The translations under genes and the position numbers were made by a program. Source: a virus. Taken from it: DNA of 64,000 nt. The notes beneath the pieces were generated by a model. That model saw only the letters and a program-made list of their open reading frames with translations. It was not told where the DNA came from and ran no database searches. The stretch covers positions 64,001-128,000 of IMG/VR virus record IMGVR_UViG_3300034101_003554; one strand, given 5' to 3'. This document shows, piece by piece, positions 37,502-46,891 of the stretch. How positions within the stretch are numbered: the first letter of the stretch is position 1; the number at the start of each line of letters is the position of its first letter.

Positions 37502-38145
37502 TCTATTATTTGTTTTAAAATTCCTTTTAAATCTTTAATTGATTTAATGGAAAAATCTTTATTTATATCCATATTATAATTTGTTTCAAATTTTATTATA
37601 ATTTTATCTTTTGGATAATGTAATAATAAGTTAGGGTTTGCCGTAAGTAAAACATCAAATTCATTCCAAATTGAATTTATTGTGAAATTGGAATAAAAAA
37701 ATACTTTTTCTAATTCACAACCAAACTTGGATAAAAAGAAAAGCGTTGCGGGTTTTGATTTTCCAATTTCATCGGACAATACCATAAAATCCCATTGTCT
37801 CCTATTCTTAACATAAATGTCATTTAAGTCATTAAATGTTGTCATTTCAGTTGATGGTGCATGTCCAAACAACTCCATACAATATTCTTCATACATAAAT
37901 GAATAATATTCTTCCTCACTTTGAAAGGCAAAATGATTTTGTAAATCTAAAGTCGTTACTAGTGATAATATCTTATATTCGAATGGCTCAGATATTACTT
38001 CCAATTCAGTATTGCCTGATAAGTCAATTGTATAGGTTTGGGATGGTATATCTTGATAACTCTCTATTAAATGTTTTTCATATAAATGTGTGAATTTACC
38101 AATGGTATCTCTTAATACACCATTTACATCTATAGCAATTCTCAT
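37495..38145 (-). CDS. HAD-fold 5'(3')-nucleotidase-like protein
   Basis: MRIAIDVNGVLRD (DxN variant of motif I). Confidence 0.6.
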   Translation of the reverse strand: MRIAIDVNGVLRDTIGKFTHLYEKHLIESYQDIPSQTYTIDLSGNTELEVISEPFEYKILSLVTTLDLQNHFAFQSEEEYYSFMYEEYCMELFGHAPSTEMTTFNDLNDIYVKNRRQWDFMVLSDEIGKSKPATLFFLSKFGCELEKVFFYSNFTINSIWNEFDVLLTANPNLLLHYPKDKIIIKFETNYNMDINKDFSIKSIKDLKGILKQIIEC

Positions 38146-38867
38146 TCTTCGTATCTTTTTAATATTTTTCCGATTAATGGATTTCTAACCACATCTTTAT
38201 TATCAAATTCAAAAACTCCAACATCATCTAAACCTTTGAATTTTTTGATTGCATCATACAATCCTGAGTGTGTCTTATCTTTATATCTATCGGTCTGTTC
38301 TAAGTCACCACTGATAAAAAATTTACTATTGAACCCAATCCTTGTCAAGAGTAATTTCATTTGATTAGGAGTTGAATTTTGAGCTTCCTCAAATATAAGA
38401 ATTGAATTATCAATGTTCATACCTCTCATATAAGCCAAAGCGAAAACTTCAATAGCATCAATGTCTTTTAATTTTTCTCTATTTTCTTTACCAATGATTT
38501 TATTCATTAAGTAATATGAGGGGAAAATATAAGGGTCTAGTTTTTCTTCAACATTTCCAGGAAGAGAACCTAGTTTTTCTTCAGCTTCAACAGCAGGTCT
38601 AACAATGATAATTTTTTCGTAAGGTGAAGTTGGGTCTGATAAAATATCTAATGCGGCTTTCATCGCAATATATGATTTACCAACACCTGCAGGACCTGAA
38701 CAAATTGTTATTTGATTTTTTTTCAGTAAATCATAATATATTTTTTGATTGTCAGATAAGAACTTTTCTTTGGATTTCTTTTTGATTATTTCACAAATAA
38801 TCTCCTTTCTTGTTTTTTTTGTTTCCTCGGTATTTTGAGGTTGTGTTGGTTTTTTTCTTGCTGCCAT
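38142..38867 (-). CDS. phoH: PhoH-family ATPase
   Basis: GPAGVGKS, RPAVEAEEKLGSLPG, LAYMRG, EEAQN, GDLEQTD, VVRNPLI. Confidence 0.95.
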   Translation of the reverse strand: MAARKKPTQPQNTEETKKTRKEIICEIIKKKSKEKFLSDNQKIYYDLLKKNQITICSGPAGVGKSYIAMKAALDILSDPTSPYEKIIIVRPAVEAEEKLGSLPGNVEEKLDPYIFPSYYLMNKIIGKENREKLKDIDAIEVFALAYMRGMNIDNSILIFEEAQNSTPNQMKLLLTRIGFNSKFFISGDLEQTDRYKDKTHSGLYDAIKKFKGLDDVGVFEFDNKDVVRNPLIGKILKRYEE

Positions 38868-38925
38868 TTATTTAAAAATTTGTTTAATCTTAAAATAAAT
38901 GACTTTTTGGGTAAGTAAAATAATC

Positions 38926-39717
38926 CTATATTATTTTTTTCTCAGATAAGATTTTTAGAATATAATTTGCGTTCGCTTGTGGACTTAGATATTTTTGATA
39001 ATAATTCAAACTTTTTTCTTTTTCAATTAACAAATCTAATTCTAAAATTTTGTCTATAAATTCATCATTAACTTCATTCCAATTCTGTACAAAAAAAGCT
39101 GGTGAATTTTCATAAAACCATGTTGAAATTTTTTCAGTTGTTATAACTATACAACCAGACGCAAATGCTTCGGTATATCGAAATGTTTCACTACTTAGTC
39201 CTTTTGGGACTAAACAAATCTTGGAATTTGATAATGTTTCTAAATAATCTTCTATGGTATCCCCTTGTCTAAATCCTGTAGTTTTTACAATATTTTTTTT
39301 ATATTTTTTTAATGCTAAGTTATTAAAAAAATTGTTTCTGTGAGTACTTTGTCCTTTGAAAAAAACATCAATACTTCTTTCATTAATGTTTTTTAGACTA
39401 ATAAAATATATTTGATTATTTCCAGATGAATTGTATCCAATATTAATCGGAAAAATTTTTATGTTGTCACATTTTTCTGATTGGTAAAATCTAAAAATTA
39501 TATCTAACTTATCATAATTTTTTGTATCCCACCCAACTTCATTTCCTATATGAATACCTACTTTAGTATTGTTGTTTAAAGTAATTGGTAAATTAAAATC
39601 ATTATTTAAAATATATAGTTCCAAATTGTTAGGTAATTTATCTTCTAATATTTTAATTATGTTTTCAATATAATCTATTTCACAATAATGTTTAGGTAAT
39701 TCATTTTTTAAAATCAT
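38926..39717 (-). CDS. Exostosin/GT47-like glycosyltransferase
   Basis: DVFFKG, SKICLVPKG..SETFRYTEAFASGCIVI. Confidence 0.7.
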   Translation of the reverse strand: MILKNELPKHYCEIDYIENIIKILEDKLPNNLELYILNNDFNLPITLNNNTKVGIHIGNEVGWDTKNYDKLDIIFRFYQSEKCDNIKIFPINIGYNSSGNNQIYFISLKNINERSIDVFFKGQSTHRNNFFNNLALKKYKKNIVKTTGFRQGDTIEDYLETLSNSKICLVPKGLSSETFRYTEAFASGCIVITTEKISTWFYENSPAFFVQNWNEVNDEFIDKILELDLLIEKEKSLNYYQKYLSPQANANYILKILSEKKII

Positions 39718-39743
39718 AATGTTTTTTTTATTTAAAAATTTTA

Positions 39744-40370
39744 TTAATTAACCCAAATCATCCCCCACTTATTTTTTCTATTTACATCTATATCATTATG
39801 AATTTCTAAATCATACCAATTTGTGTATTTTTTTGGTTTAGTGAGATACTCATCACCTTCAATATAACCAAATTCACTATAACCAATATTCATAAGATGT
39901 TCACAAGTTTGATTAATTCTAAGATATTGTTCTTCAGCCCACTCAAAACAAATCTCATTTACTTTAGATGTTAATCCACTAATAACTTCCAATTCATAAC
40001 CTTCAACGTCAATTTTAATCAAATTAGGTATTCCGTAATCTTTTATTAATTTATCAAGATTTGTTGAAAGTACTTGTATAGTTTGATTCCACTTATAGTG
40101 ATTAGTAAATCTGGATGAATTTATCCAGTCTTTAGATGCCGTTGAAATTGTATCCGCATTACTGATATGAAAATCAATTACCTCGTCAAAATTTTGTGAG
40201 ACAATATAATTTAATACAATAATGTTAGTATTTGTTTTGTATTTTTCACGTAGAAAATTAAATAAAGATGGATTAGGTTCAATTAAAATTATTTTTATAT
40301 TTGGGTAGTTGTTTAAACACTTATCAGTAAATAAACCTCGATTAGCTCCTATATCAAAAATTAAATTCAT
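39744..40370 (-). CDS. FkbM-family methyltransferase
   Basis: FDIGANRG, IEPNP, IKIDVEGYE. Confidence 0.92.
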   Translation of the reverse strand: MNLIFDIGANRGLFTDKCLNNYPNIKIILIEPNPSLFNFLREKYKTNTNIIVLNYIVSQNFDEVIDFHISNADTISTASKDWINSSRFTNHYKWNQTIQVLSTNLDKLIKDYGIPNLIKIDVEGYELEVISGLTSKVNEICFEWAEEQYLRINQTCEHLMNIGYSEFGYIEGDEYLTKPKKYTNWYDLEIHNDIDVNRKNKWGMIWVN

Positions 40371-40384
40371 ATTAATATATTTTT

Positions 40385-41437
40385 TTATAAATTTTTATTA
40401 TGTAAGTATATGTCATCAATAATGTCATATATATTATTTTTTATTTCCCAATTAGGATAATCTTTTTTGAATTTTGAATTATCTGATATATACCAAATGT
40501 GGTCTCCTTCTCTATTCTTATTGTCAATAGTATAATTTAATTTTAAATTATATCTATCTTTTAATAGATTAATTAATTCTAATATAGATATTGAGTTATT
40601 TCTACTACCACCAATATTGTAAACTGATGCTGATTTTGGATTATTATGGTAAAACCAAAAAGCATTAACCAAATCAAAAGAATGGATATTATCCCTAACT
40701 TGTTTTCCTTTATAACCATAAATGGTGTATGGTAAATCATTAATAGCTGTTTTGATTATGTAAGATAAAAATCCATGTAATTCACTTCCTTTATGATTTG
40801 GTCCTGTTAAACAACCACCTCTAAAACATACTGTATTCATATCAAAATATCTACCATACTCTTGTACTAATAAATCCCCTGATAATTTACTAACACCAAA
40901 TAAGCTATGTTTTGTATAATCAATTGACATAGTTTCATCTATACCATTATAAAATTTATGATTATTAATTATTTCATATCTAAAATCGGTTTCAATTAAT
41001 GGTAATAAATTAGGATTATCTCCATACACTTTATTTGTACTTGTATATATAAATGAAGCTTCTTTACAATATAATCTAGTTAATTCTAATAAATTTAAAG
41101 TACCATTAGCATTTATTGTAAAATCAGTTAAAGGTTCTTTTGCAGCCCAATCGTGAGATGGTTGTGCTGCGGTATGTATTATTGATACTATACTTTTTTT
41201 ATACTTTTTAAAGATTGTAGATAACTCATCATAGTTTCTAATATCAATATCAAAATGAGTATAATTTTGAAATGTTTTTATATCTTTCAAAGTATCTTTA
41301 GTACTACTTTTCACCCCAAAAAAATAAGACCTCATATCATTATCAATACCTATAATGTGATAACCCTTATCCAAAAAAAATTTAACAGATTCAGACCCAA
41401 TCAATCCATTAGAACCTGTAACAATAATCGTTTTCAT
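40385..41437 (-). CDS. NAD-dependent epimerase, CDP-paratose/tyvelose 2-epimerase-like
   Basis: VTGSNGLIG, HTAAQPSHDWA, STNKVYGD, GKQVRDNIH; F instead of Y in the YxxxK motif (FGVSK). Confidence 0.8.
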   Translation of the reverse strand: MKTIIVTGSNGLIGSESVKFFLDKGYHIIGIDNDMRSYFFGVKSSTKDTLKDIKTFQNYTHFDIDIRNYDELSTIFKKYKKSIVSIIHTAAQPSHDWAAKEPLTDFTINANGTLNLLELTRLYCKEASFIYTSTNKVYGDNPNLLPLIETDFRYEIINNHKFYNGIDETMSIDYTKHSLFGVSKLSGDLLVQEYGRYFDMNTVCFRGGCLTGPNHKGSELHGFLSYIIKTAINDLPYTIYGYKGKQVRDNIHSFDLVNAFWFYHNNPKSASVYNIGGSRNNSISILELINLLKDRYNLKLNYTIDNKNREGDHIWYISDNSKFKKDYPNWEIKNNIYDIIDDIYLHNKNL

Positions 41438-41439
41438 AT

Positions 41440-42270
41440 TTAACAATATTTTTTTAATTCATTATTAATTCTATCGAAGAAAAATGCGTAATTATTTTTT
41501 GCAATTTCATAATTTTCTACTATAGCTTTCTTTTTCTCAATGTACATTTCAGGTGTTAAATTTTCTAATATTGTTTTCAATTCATTTTCATTATTAAAAA
41601 CAATGACACCTTCCATATTAAAATAATCACCAATGTTAGGACATCCCCAATAAATAGGAATGGTATAACTCATAAAACAATCTATTATTTTTTCAGTAAA
41701 ATAATTAACTACTTGAGAATTTTCAATTGTCAAATGAAACATACTATCTTCAAATAGTAATTTTTTTTCAGTATTTTTAACGTAATTAGGGAAAAGTATT
41801 TCATATGGTTTATCTTTTAAAAGATAAGAAATCTGATGCCTTAATTTATGTCCTGGTAAATTATTTTTATTACTCTTAACAAAACTTAATTTAAATTTTT
41901 TTTCTAATGAAAAATGGTTATAATATTCATCAAATAAATTTATATGAGTATTTGATTTATCTGTCATAATCCACGATGAACCAAAACAAAATTTTTCACA
42001 CTTAATTGATTGGTTTATTAGATTTTCATCAAATGTTAAAACTTTATCAAAAAAAGAAATATTTTCTAAAATTTTTTCAGAAATATTGTTTATCAATGGT
42101 GGTTCACAACCATGTATTAAAATTACTTTATCAAATTTTAATCTAATTTCTTTTAATTTTTCTTTGTTAAAAAAAATAACATTAGGGTCTATCGCTAAAA
42201 AAATTTTTAACTCACAATTTCCTAAAAAGAAATTGTTAGGAATTCCAAACGGAGAATATAATTCTATCAT
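41440..42270 (-). CDS. GT10 (alpha-1,3-fucosyltransferase-like) glycosyltransferase
   Basis: FHLTIENS…YFTEKIIDCF…IPIYWG. Confidence 0.8.
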   Translation of the reverse strand: MIELYSPFGIPNNFFLGNCELKIFLAIDPNVIFFNKEKLKEIRLKFDKVILIHGCEPPLINNISEKILENISFFDKVLTFDENLINQSIKCEKFCFGSSWIMTDKSNTHINLFDEYYNHFSLEKKFKLSFVKSNKNNLPGHKLRHQISYLLKDKPYEILFPNYVKNTEKKLLFEDSMFHLTIENSQVVNYFTEKIIDCFMSYTIPIYWGCPNIGDYFNMEGVIVFNNENELKTILENLTPEMYIEKKKAIVENYEIAKNNYAFFFDRINNELKKYC

Positions 42271-43028
42271 TTTTTAATCCAAAAAATACCACATTTATCA
42301 ATAACATTTATTTCATTAGTTATTTCATTTTTAGTTCTGAAGTCAGTAACCGCTTTCACACAATTAGGTAAACAATAATCATCAACAATTATAACACCTT
42401 TATCCACAACCTTATGGTAACAAGAATCAAAAACATCCATAGTTGATTTGTACATATCACCATCCATACGTAATAAACAAATGTTTTTTATATTTTCATT
42501 ATTTGGTAAGGTATCTGAGAACCAACCTTTTATAAAAATTACATTATCATCTAATACTTTATATAATTTAAAGTTATTTTGAACTTCTTCTAATGATACT
42601 TTTAGGAAATCAATAGTGTGATGATTGTCATTTAAATCTTCTTGTATTTCTGGTTTAGGTAACCCATTAAAAGAGTCGGCTAATATTACTCGTTTATTAA
42701 TATTATATAAATCACAATAAAATTTTATAAAAATACACGCACCTCCTCTCCATACTCCTGTTTCAATCAAATCACCATCTATTTTATTTTCTCTAATATA
42801 ATCTAAAGATTTGTGTAGATTATCTAATCTTTTAATACCAATCATAGTATGAGCATTTTTAGGCCAATCTAGACCCTCATATCTTTTTGAATCTACGTTT
42901 GACTGAATCACATTATTCATAATTTCAAGATTTGGAAATCCTTCAGTATAAAAATTATGTTTAATTTTTTCATTTGTAGTATCAGTTAAAATACGTTTTA
43001 AAAAATCTAATTTAATTTTATTTTCCAT
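42267..43028 (-). CDS. TylF/MycF-family sugar O-methyltransferase
   Basis: AHTMIG..RLDNL, GDLIETGVWRGG, ADSFNGLP, KGWFSDTLP, LRMDGDMYKST. Confidence 0.92.
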   Translation of the reverse strand: MENKIKLDFLKRILTDTTNEKIKHNFYTEGFPNLEIMNNVIQSNVDSKRYEGLDWPKNAHTMIGIKRLDNLHKSLDYIRENKIDGDLIETGVWRGGACIFIKFYCDLYNINKRVILADSFNGLPKPEIQEDLNDNHHTIDFLKVSLEEVQNNFKLYKVLDDNVIFIKGWFSDTLPNNENIKNICLLRMDGDMYKSTMDVFDSCYHKVVDKGVIIVDDYCLPNCVKAVTDFRTKNEITNEINVIDKCGIFWIKK

Positions 43029-43590
43029 TTTTTTCTAAAATTATTAATCCATTATTGTTTTCAAATTTTTCTATTAAAGTCCAATCTTCATTATCGTTTA
43101 GAAATTCATTAATTGCTGGTAGAATTCCTTTAGTGTTGGGTTCTTTAAATGTTTCACCAAATTCACCATAGGTTGTAGTATCGTGAAAAATTAAATACTT
43201 TTTTACTTTTTTTGAATGCAACCTCAACTCATTTTTCAATTGATTATATTCATGATACGTATCAATAAATAATAAATCAGTCTCTTCTATTATTTTCTCA
43301 AGAACATCTCCAGTATTGAATTCAAAACTTATATTTAATTCCTCACTTATTTTTTTAATTCTATTAATATTTTCTTCAACAATTGTTAGATTTAAACCTA
43401 ATAATAAATCATAACAAACTAATTTTTCAGGATATCCGTATAAAAATGCCCATGTTGATACAACATATCGAGTACCAAATTCAGTAATGTGCTTACATCT
43501 TTCAGCATATTTTTTTAAGGTTGGTAAATGTTCATTGATATCTGATGGTTTATCACATAATTCATTAAAAATTTTATCAATTTCGTTCAT
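43018..43590 (-). CDS. Class I SAM-dependent methyltransferase-like protein
   Basis: SDINEHL, EFGTR, DLLFIDTYH, IFHDT. Confidence 0.8.
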   Translation of the reverse strand: MNEIDKIFNELCDKPSDINEHLPTLKKYAERCKHITEFGTRYVVSTWAFLYGYPEKLVCYDLLLGLNLTIVEENINRIKKISEELNISFEFNTGDVLEKIIEETDLLFIDTYHEYNQLKNELRLHSKKVKKYLIFHDTTTYGEFGETFKEPNTKGILPAINEFLNDNEDWTLIEKFENNNGLIILEKNGK

Positions 43591-44272
43591 ATGAATATTT
43601 TTCATTTATATATTTATTTTCATTTATTTTTACGTCTTCACTAATCTTCATTGTTATTTGATTTTTATGTTGAGTTACAAATACCAAATAATCATTAATA
43701 ATATTAGGGTAACCAAATTTTTTTTCTAGTTTATAATAATACTCACAATCCATCAACCATATTAAATTCTCATCAAACATTTCTAGTTCTTTATTTCTAA
43801 AGGTTAAAACTGAAGGACTACCAACTGTATTAATACCAAATTTCACATTTTCAGTATATTTTGGAATCATATTTCCTTTAACATCATTTAATGATTTACC
43901 ATAAAGACAACCATTCAACACCCAATTGGAACTTTTGTTAGATAAAAAAAAATCATTTATTTTTTTTAAAGCATTTTCCATCATAAATTCGTCTTGTAAT
44001 AATATTTTTATAATATCTCCTTTAGCGTGTTTCAAACCATTATTTAAATTGGCTGAAGAGTTACCATAATTTTTATTGTAAGATATATAATTTATATTCA
44101 AATCATTATCATAATTCTTAACACAATTTTTTATAACATCATCTTTACTATGGTCTGAAATAATAACTTCAAAATCATTTATTGATTGTTTTTTTAATTG
44201 GTTTAAACTTATTTTTAGGAAATTTTCACCATCCCCATACATTTCATATGTTGGTATTACTACAGATATCAT
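43577..44272 (-). CDS. GT2 glycosyltransferase
   Basis: ISVVIPTY, FEVIISDHS, NLNNGLKHAKGD. Confidence 0.88.
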   Translation of the reverse strand: MISVVIPTYEMYGDGENFLKISLNQLKKQSINDFEVIISDHSKDDVIKNCVKNYDNDLNINYISYNKNYGNSSANLNNGLKHAKGDIIKILLQDEFMMENALKKINDFFLSNKSSNWVLNGCLYGKSLNDVKGNMIPKYTENVKFGINTVGSPSVLTFRNKELEMFDENLIWLMDCEYYYKLEKKFGYPNIINDYLVFVTQHKNQITMKISEDVKINENKYINEKYSYERN

Positions 44273-44889
44273 TTACTTATTTTTTTTATGAAAAAGGCAT
44301 CACCCCAGGTGTTACCAACCCAATCAACTTCAGCAAGTTCAAATCCAAAATTATTCAAAAATTGTTCTAGTTCATTTATTTTTGCACAATCTTTATAAAG
44401 TTCCGCTCTATTGACTTCACTAATAATATAATCAATTTTTTCTAAAACATTTTTAGCCCCACAAAAAACTTCAAGTTCGTATCCTTGGACATCAATATTA
44501 ATAAAATTAAATTTTTCATAATCTATTTCAATATCATCAAGTTTTTTCATAATTACTTTCTCTTTTTTGTCAAAAGTAATATTCGGATATTGTTTTAAGT
44601 GTAATATAGGTTCTAATATTGATGATGATTGTCCTTTATTATTTGATTCAACAAACATTTCAATTTCTTTATTTTCACAACCTAATGCCATATTGTATAA
44701 TGTAGCATCATCATTTACATTATTTTTTAATTTCAAAAAATTATCAGACAAGGGTTCAAAATAAATTATATTTTTAATTTCATTTTTTATATATAATTTA
44801 TGTTCTTGACCATAATGAGCCCCAATGTGAATAATTCCTTTAATATTTAAATTATATTTTTTAATTATTTTTTCAAAATCTAATAACAT
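44269..44889 (-). CDS. FkbM-family methyltransferase
   Basis: IHIGAHYGQE, FEPL, INIDVQGYELEV. Confidence 0.9.
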   Translation of the reverse strand: MLLDFEKIIKKYNLNIKGIIHIGAHYGQEHKLYIKNEIKNIIYFEPLSDNFLKLKNNVNDDATLYNMALGCENKEIEMFVESNNKGQSSSILEPILHLKQYPNITFDKKEKVIMKKLDDIEIDYEKFNFINIDVQGYELEVFCGAKNVLEKIDYIISEVNRAELYKDCAKINELEQFLNNFGFELAEVDWVGNTWGDAFFIKKISK

Positions 44890-45701
44890 ATAAGTTTTCC
44901 ATTTTCAAAATTTACGTTTATTTTAATCCATTCTTTTTCATATATATTTTCTATATTTTTTTCACCTTGAGGCCCAAACCACAAACTTGGAAAATATATC
45001 TTTGAGTCATTGTATCTATTCAAATAAGCCCCCCACCAAGAAAATGTTGAGTTTGACATTATTAAATTTTTGAATAAGGAAATCAACCATAGTTCCTCAT
45101 AATCTTCCAAACCCTTAACAATTGTAATATTATTAAAATTTAAATTTTTAACACACCATTCTTTATCATCAGAAACAACAAAAATGTTATCGTAGTCTTT
45201 TAAATTAATTAAACATTTTTCAATATAACTAATATCAATTGTTGGATGTATATTTGAGAATTTTAAATAATCTCCTCTTCTAATATGAATTATAACACTA
45301 TTAGGATAAAAAACTTGTGGATAAATTAATTTAATCTTTTCTAAAAACTCTGTAGTTGGTGAAAATAAATCTTTGATTTTTTCATCAAAACCATAAAAAT
45401 TTTTACTACTTTGGAAGTAACCTCTAAATTCTGTTGAATATTTTGGAATAGGATTTATTTCTCTAAAATCCCAATCGGAAGTAACATATAAATCGGTAGA
45501 TTCAAAATCTTCAAATTTTAAATTTCTGTAAATATTATCTAAATATTTGTTAGGTTGATACCCTTGTAAATTTGTATTTGATTTAGGTTTTAATTTATAG
45601 TCAATATTAAAACGTTTACTTTGAGCATAAACGTGAGCAATTTGAAACATTTGATTACCTAAACCACCCATTAATTCTGTGGTAAAAAAAACTTTACTCA
45701 T
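44880..45701 (-). CDS. GT11 alpha-1,2-fucosyltransferase-like
   Basis: GGLGNQMFQ, GYFQS, HIRRGDY, SNSTFSWWGAYL. Confidence 0.92.
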   Translation of the reverse strand: MSKVFFTTELMGGLGNQMFQIAHVYAQSKRFNIDYKLKPKSNTNLQGYQPNKYLDNIYRNLKFEDFESTDLYVTSDWDFREINPIPKYSTEFRGYFQSSKNFYGFDEKIKDLFSPTTEFLEKIKLIYPQVFYPNSVIIHIRRGDYLKFSNIHPTIDISYIEKCLINLKDYDNIFVVSDDKEWCVKNLNFNNITIVKGLEDYEELWLISLFKNLIMSNSTFSWWGAYLNRYNDSKIYFPSLWFGPQGEKNIENIYEKEWIKINVNFENGKLICY

Positions 45702-46324
45702 TTAATTAACCAATTATAATCTACATTTCTATTCTGAATATCTGAAAATCCAATTCTTTGTTTGGCTATTGCAGGATAGAAAGAATATACATTTTTATTT
45801 TTTTGTATTCCAGTATAACAAACATCTAAAGGTTCATTTGTTATATTCAGAATAAAATCTAACTCCTCAAATAAACTACGATTGATTGCAACAAAATGAG
45901 TCGAAAATGTGTGATGTAGTTTACAAACTTTTTCATTAATAATTTGAGGAGGATTGACATTTACGTGTGTATTATGATTTCCCCCCATATATAACATATC
46001 CCAATCATTAGGTAGGTGTTTAAAATATTCATCAATATTTAGTACTTCCTCACTAAACATACAATCGTCCTCAATTATTAAAACATTATTGTATTTTTTT
46101 TGAATACATTCTTTAATTATTTTCAAATTACTTTCAATCAAACCTTGTTCACTTGATTTTAATTGTCTTCTCGTGTTTTTAATATTATTACCATCTATTG
46201 CTTCAAAAACTTCAAATTCACCAAGATTAAATTTATTTACCTCTTCTGTAAATTCTTGTAATCTTTCAGGTCTTCTTTTAAGATTGATACAATAAACTTT
46301 GTCAAATCTGTCAAATAATTTCAT
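45698..46324 (-). CDS. GT25 glycosyltransferase
   Basis: YCINLKRRPER, FEAIDG, LIIEDD, WDMLYMG. Confidence 0.88.
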   Translation of the reverse strand: MKLFDRFDKVYCINLKRRPERLQEFTEEVNKFNLGEFEVFEAIDGNNIKNTRRQLKSSEQGLIESNLKIIKECIQKKYNNVLIIEDDCMFSEEVLNIDEYFKHLPNDWDMLYMGGNHNTHVNVNPPQIINEKVCKLHHTFSTHFVAINRSLFEELDFILNITNEPLDVCYTGIQKNKNVYSFYPAIAKQRIGFSDIQNRNVDYNWLIK

Positions 46325-46890
46325 TAGTGTCTAACATTATACATTACTTCAGGAGTAATTACAAATTTATTTGATTGTTTTTTAAGTTCTGTCAAAAAAT
46401 CAAAATCTTCACCATCTCTGTTTTGAGAAAAAAACAACTCCTTAAAAATAGTTTTTTTGTAACAGAAAGAAATACCAACTGTTGCAAATTTTAATTCATT
46501 TAAATGAAATGGGGGTAAAACTAAGCCATTTTCATATGCCATTCTCCAAACAACAAAATCATACTTATTATATTTTTCAAATAATATTTTTACATAATTT
46601 TTGTCAATACTATCATCATCATCCAAAAAACCAATCCATTCAGTATCAACTAATTTTATACCTTCATTACGTACTAAACCTGATTGACCATTGTTAGGTC
46701 CGATTAAGCCTGTTTTTTCTATTTTAATTGTTTTGACTCTATCATCATCAAATGATTCACCATCTACACCATCATAAACAACAATAGCTTTCCAATTTGG
46801 CACAGATTGTTGTACTAAAGATTCTATAGTTCTTTTAAGTGTTGGTCTATTTAATGATGGTATTATAAATGTTATATTATTCTCAATCAT
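46324..46890 (-). CDS. GT2 glycosyltransferase
   Basis: ITFIIPS, RNEGI, WIGFLDDDD, GEDFDF. Confidence 0.88.
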   Translation of the reverse strand: MIENNITFIIPSLNRPTLKRTIESLVQQSVPNWKAIVVYDGVDGESFDDDRVKTIKIEKTGLIGPNNGQSGLVRNEGIKLVDTEWIGFLDDDDSIDKNYVKILFEKYNKYDFVVWRMAYENGLVLPPFHLNELKFATVGISFCYKKTIFKELFFSQNRDGEDFDFLTELKKQSNKFVITPEVMYNVRH

Positions 46891-46891
46891 A

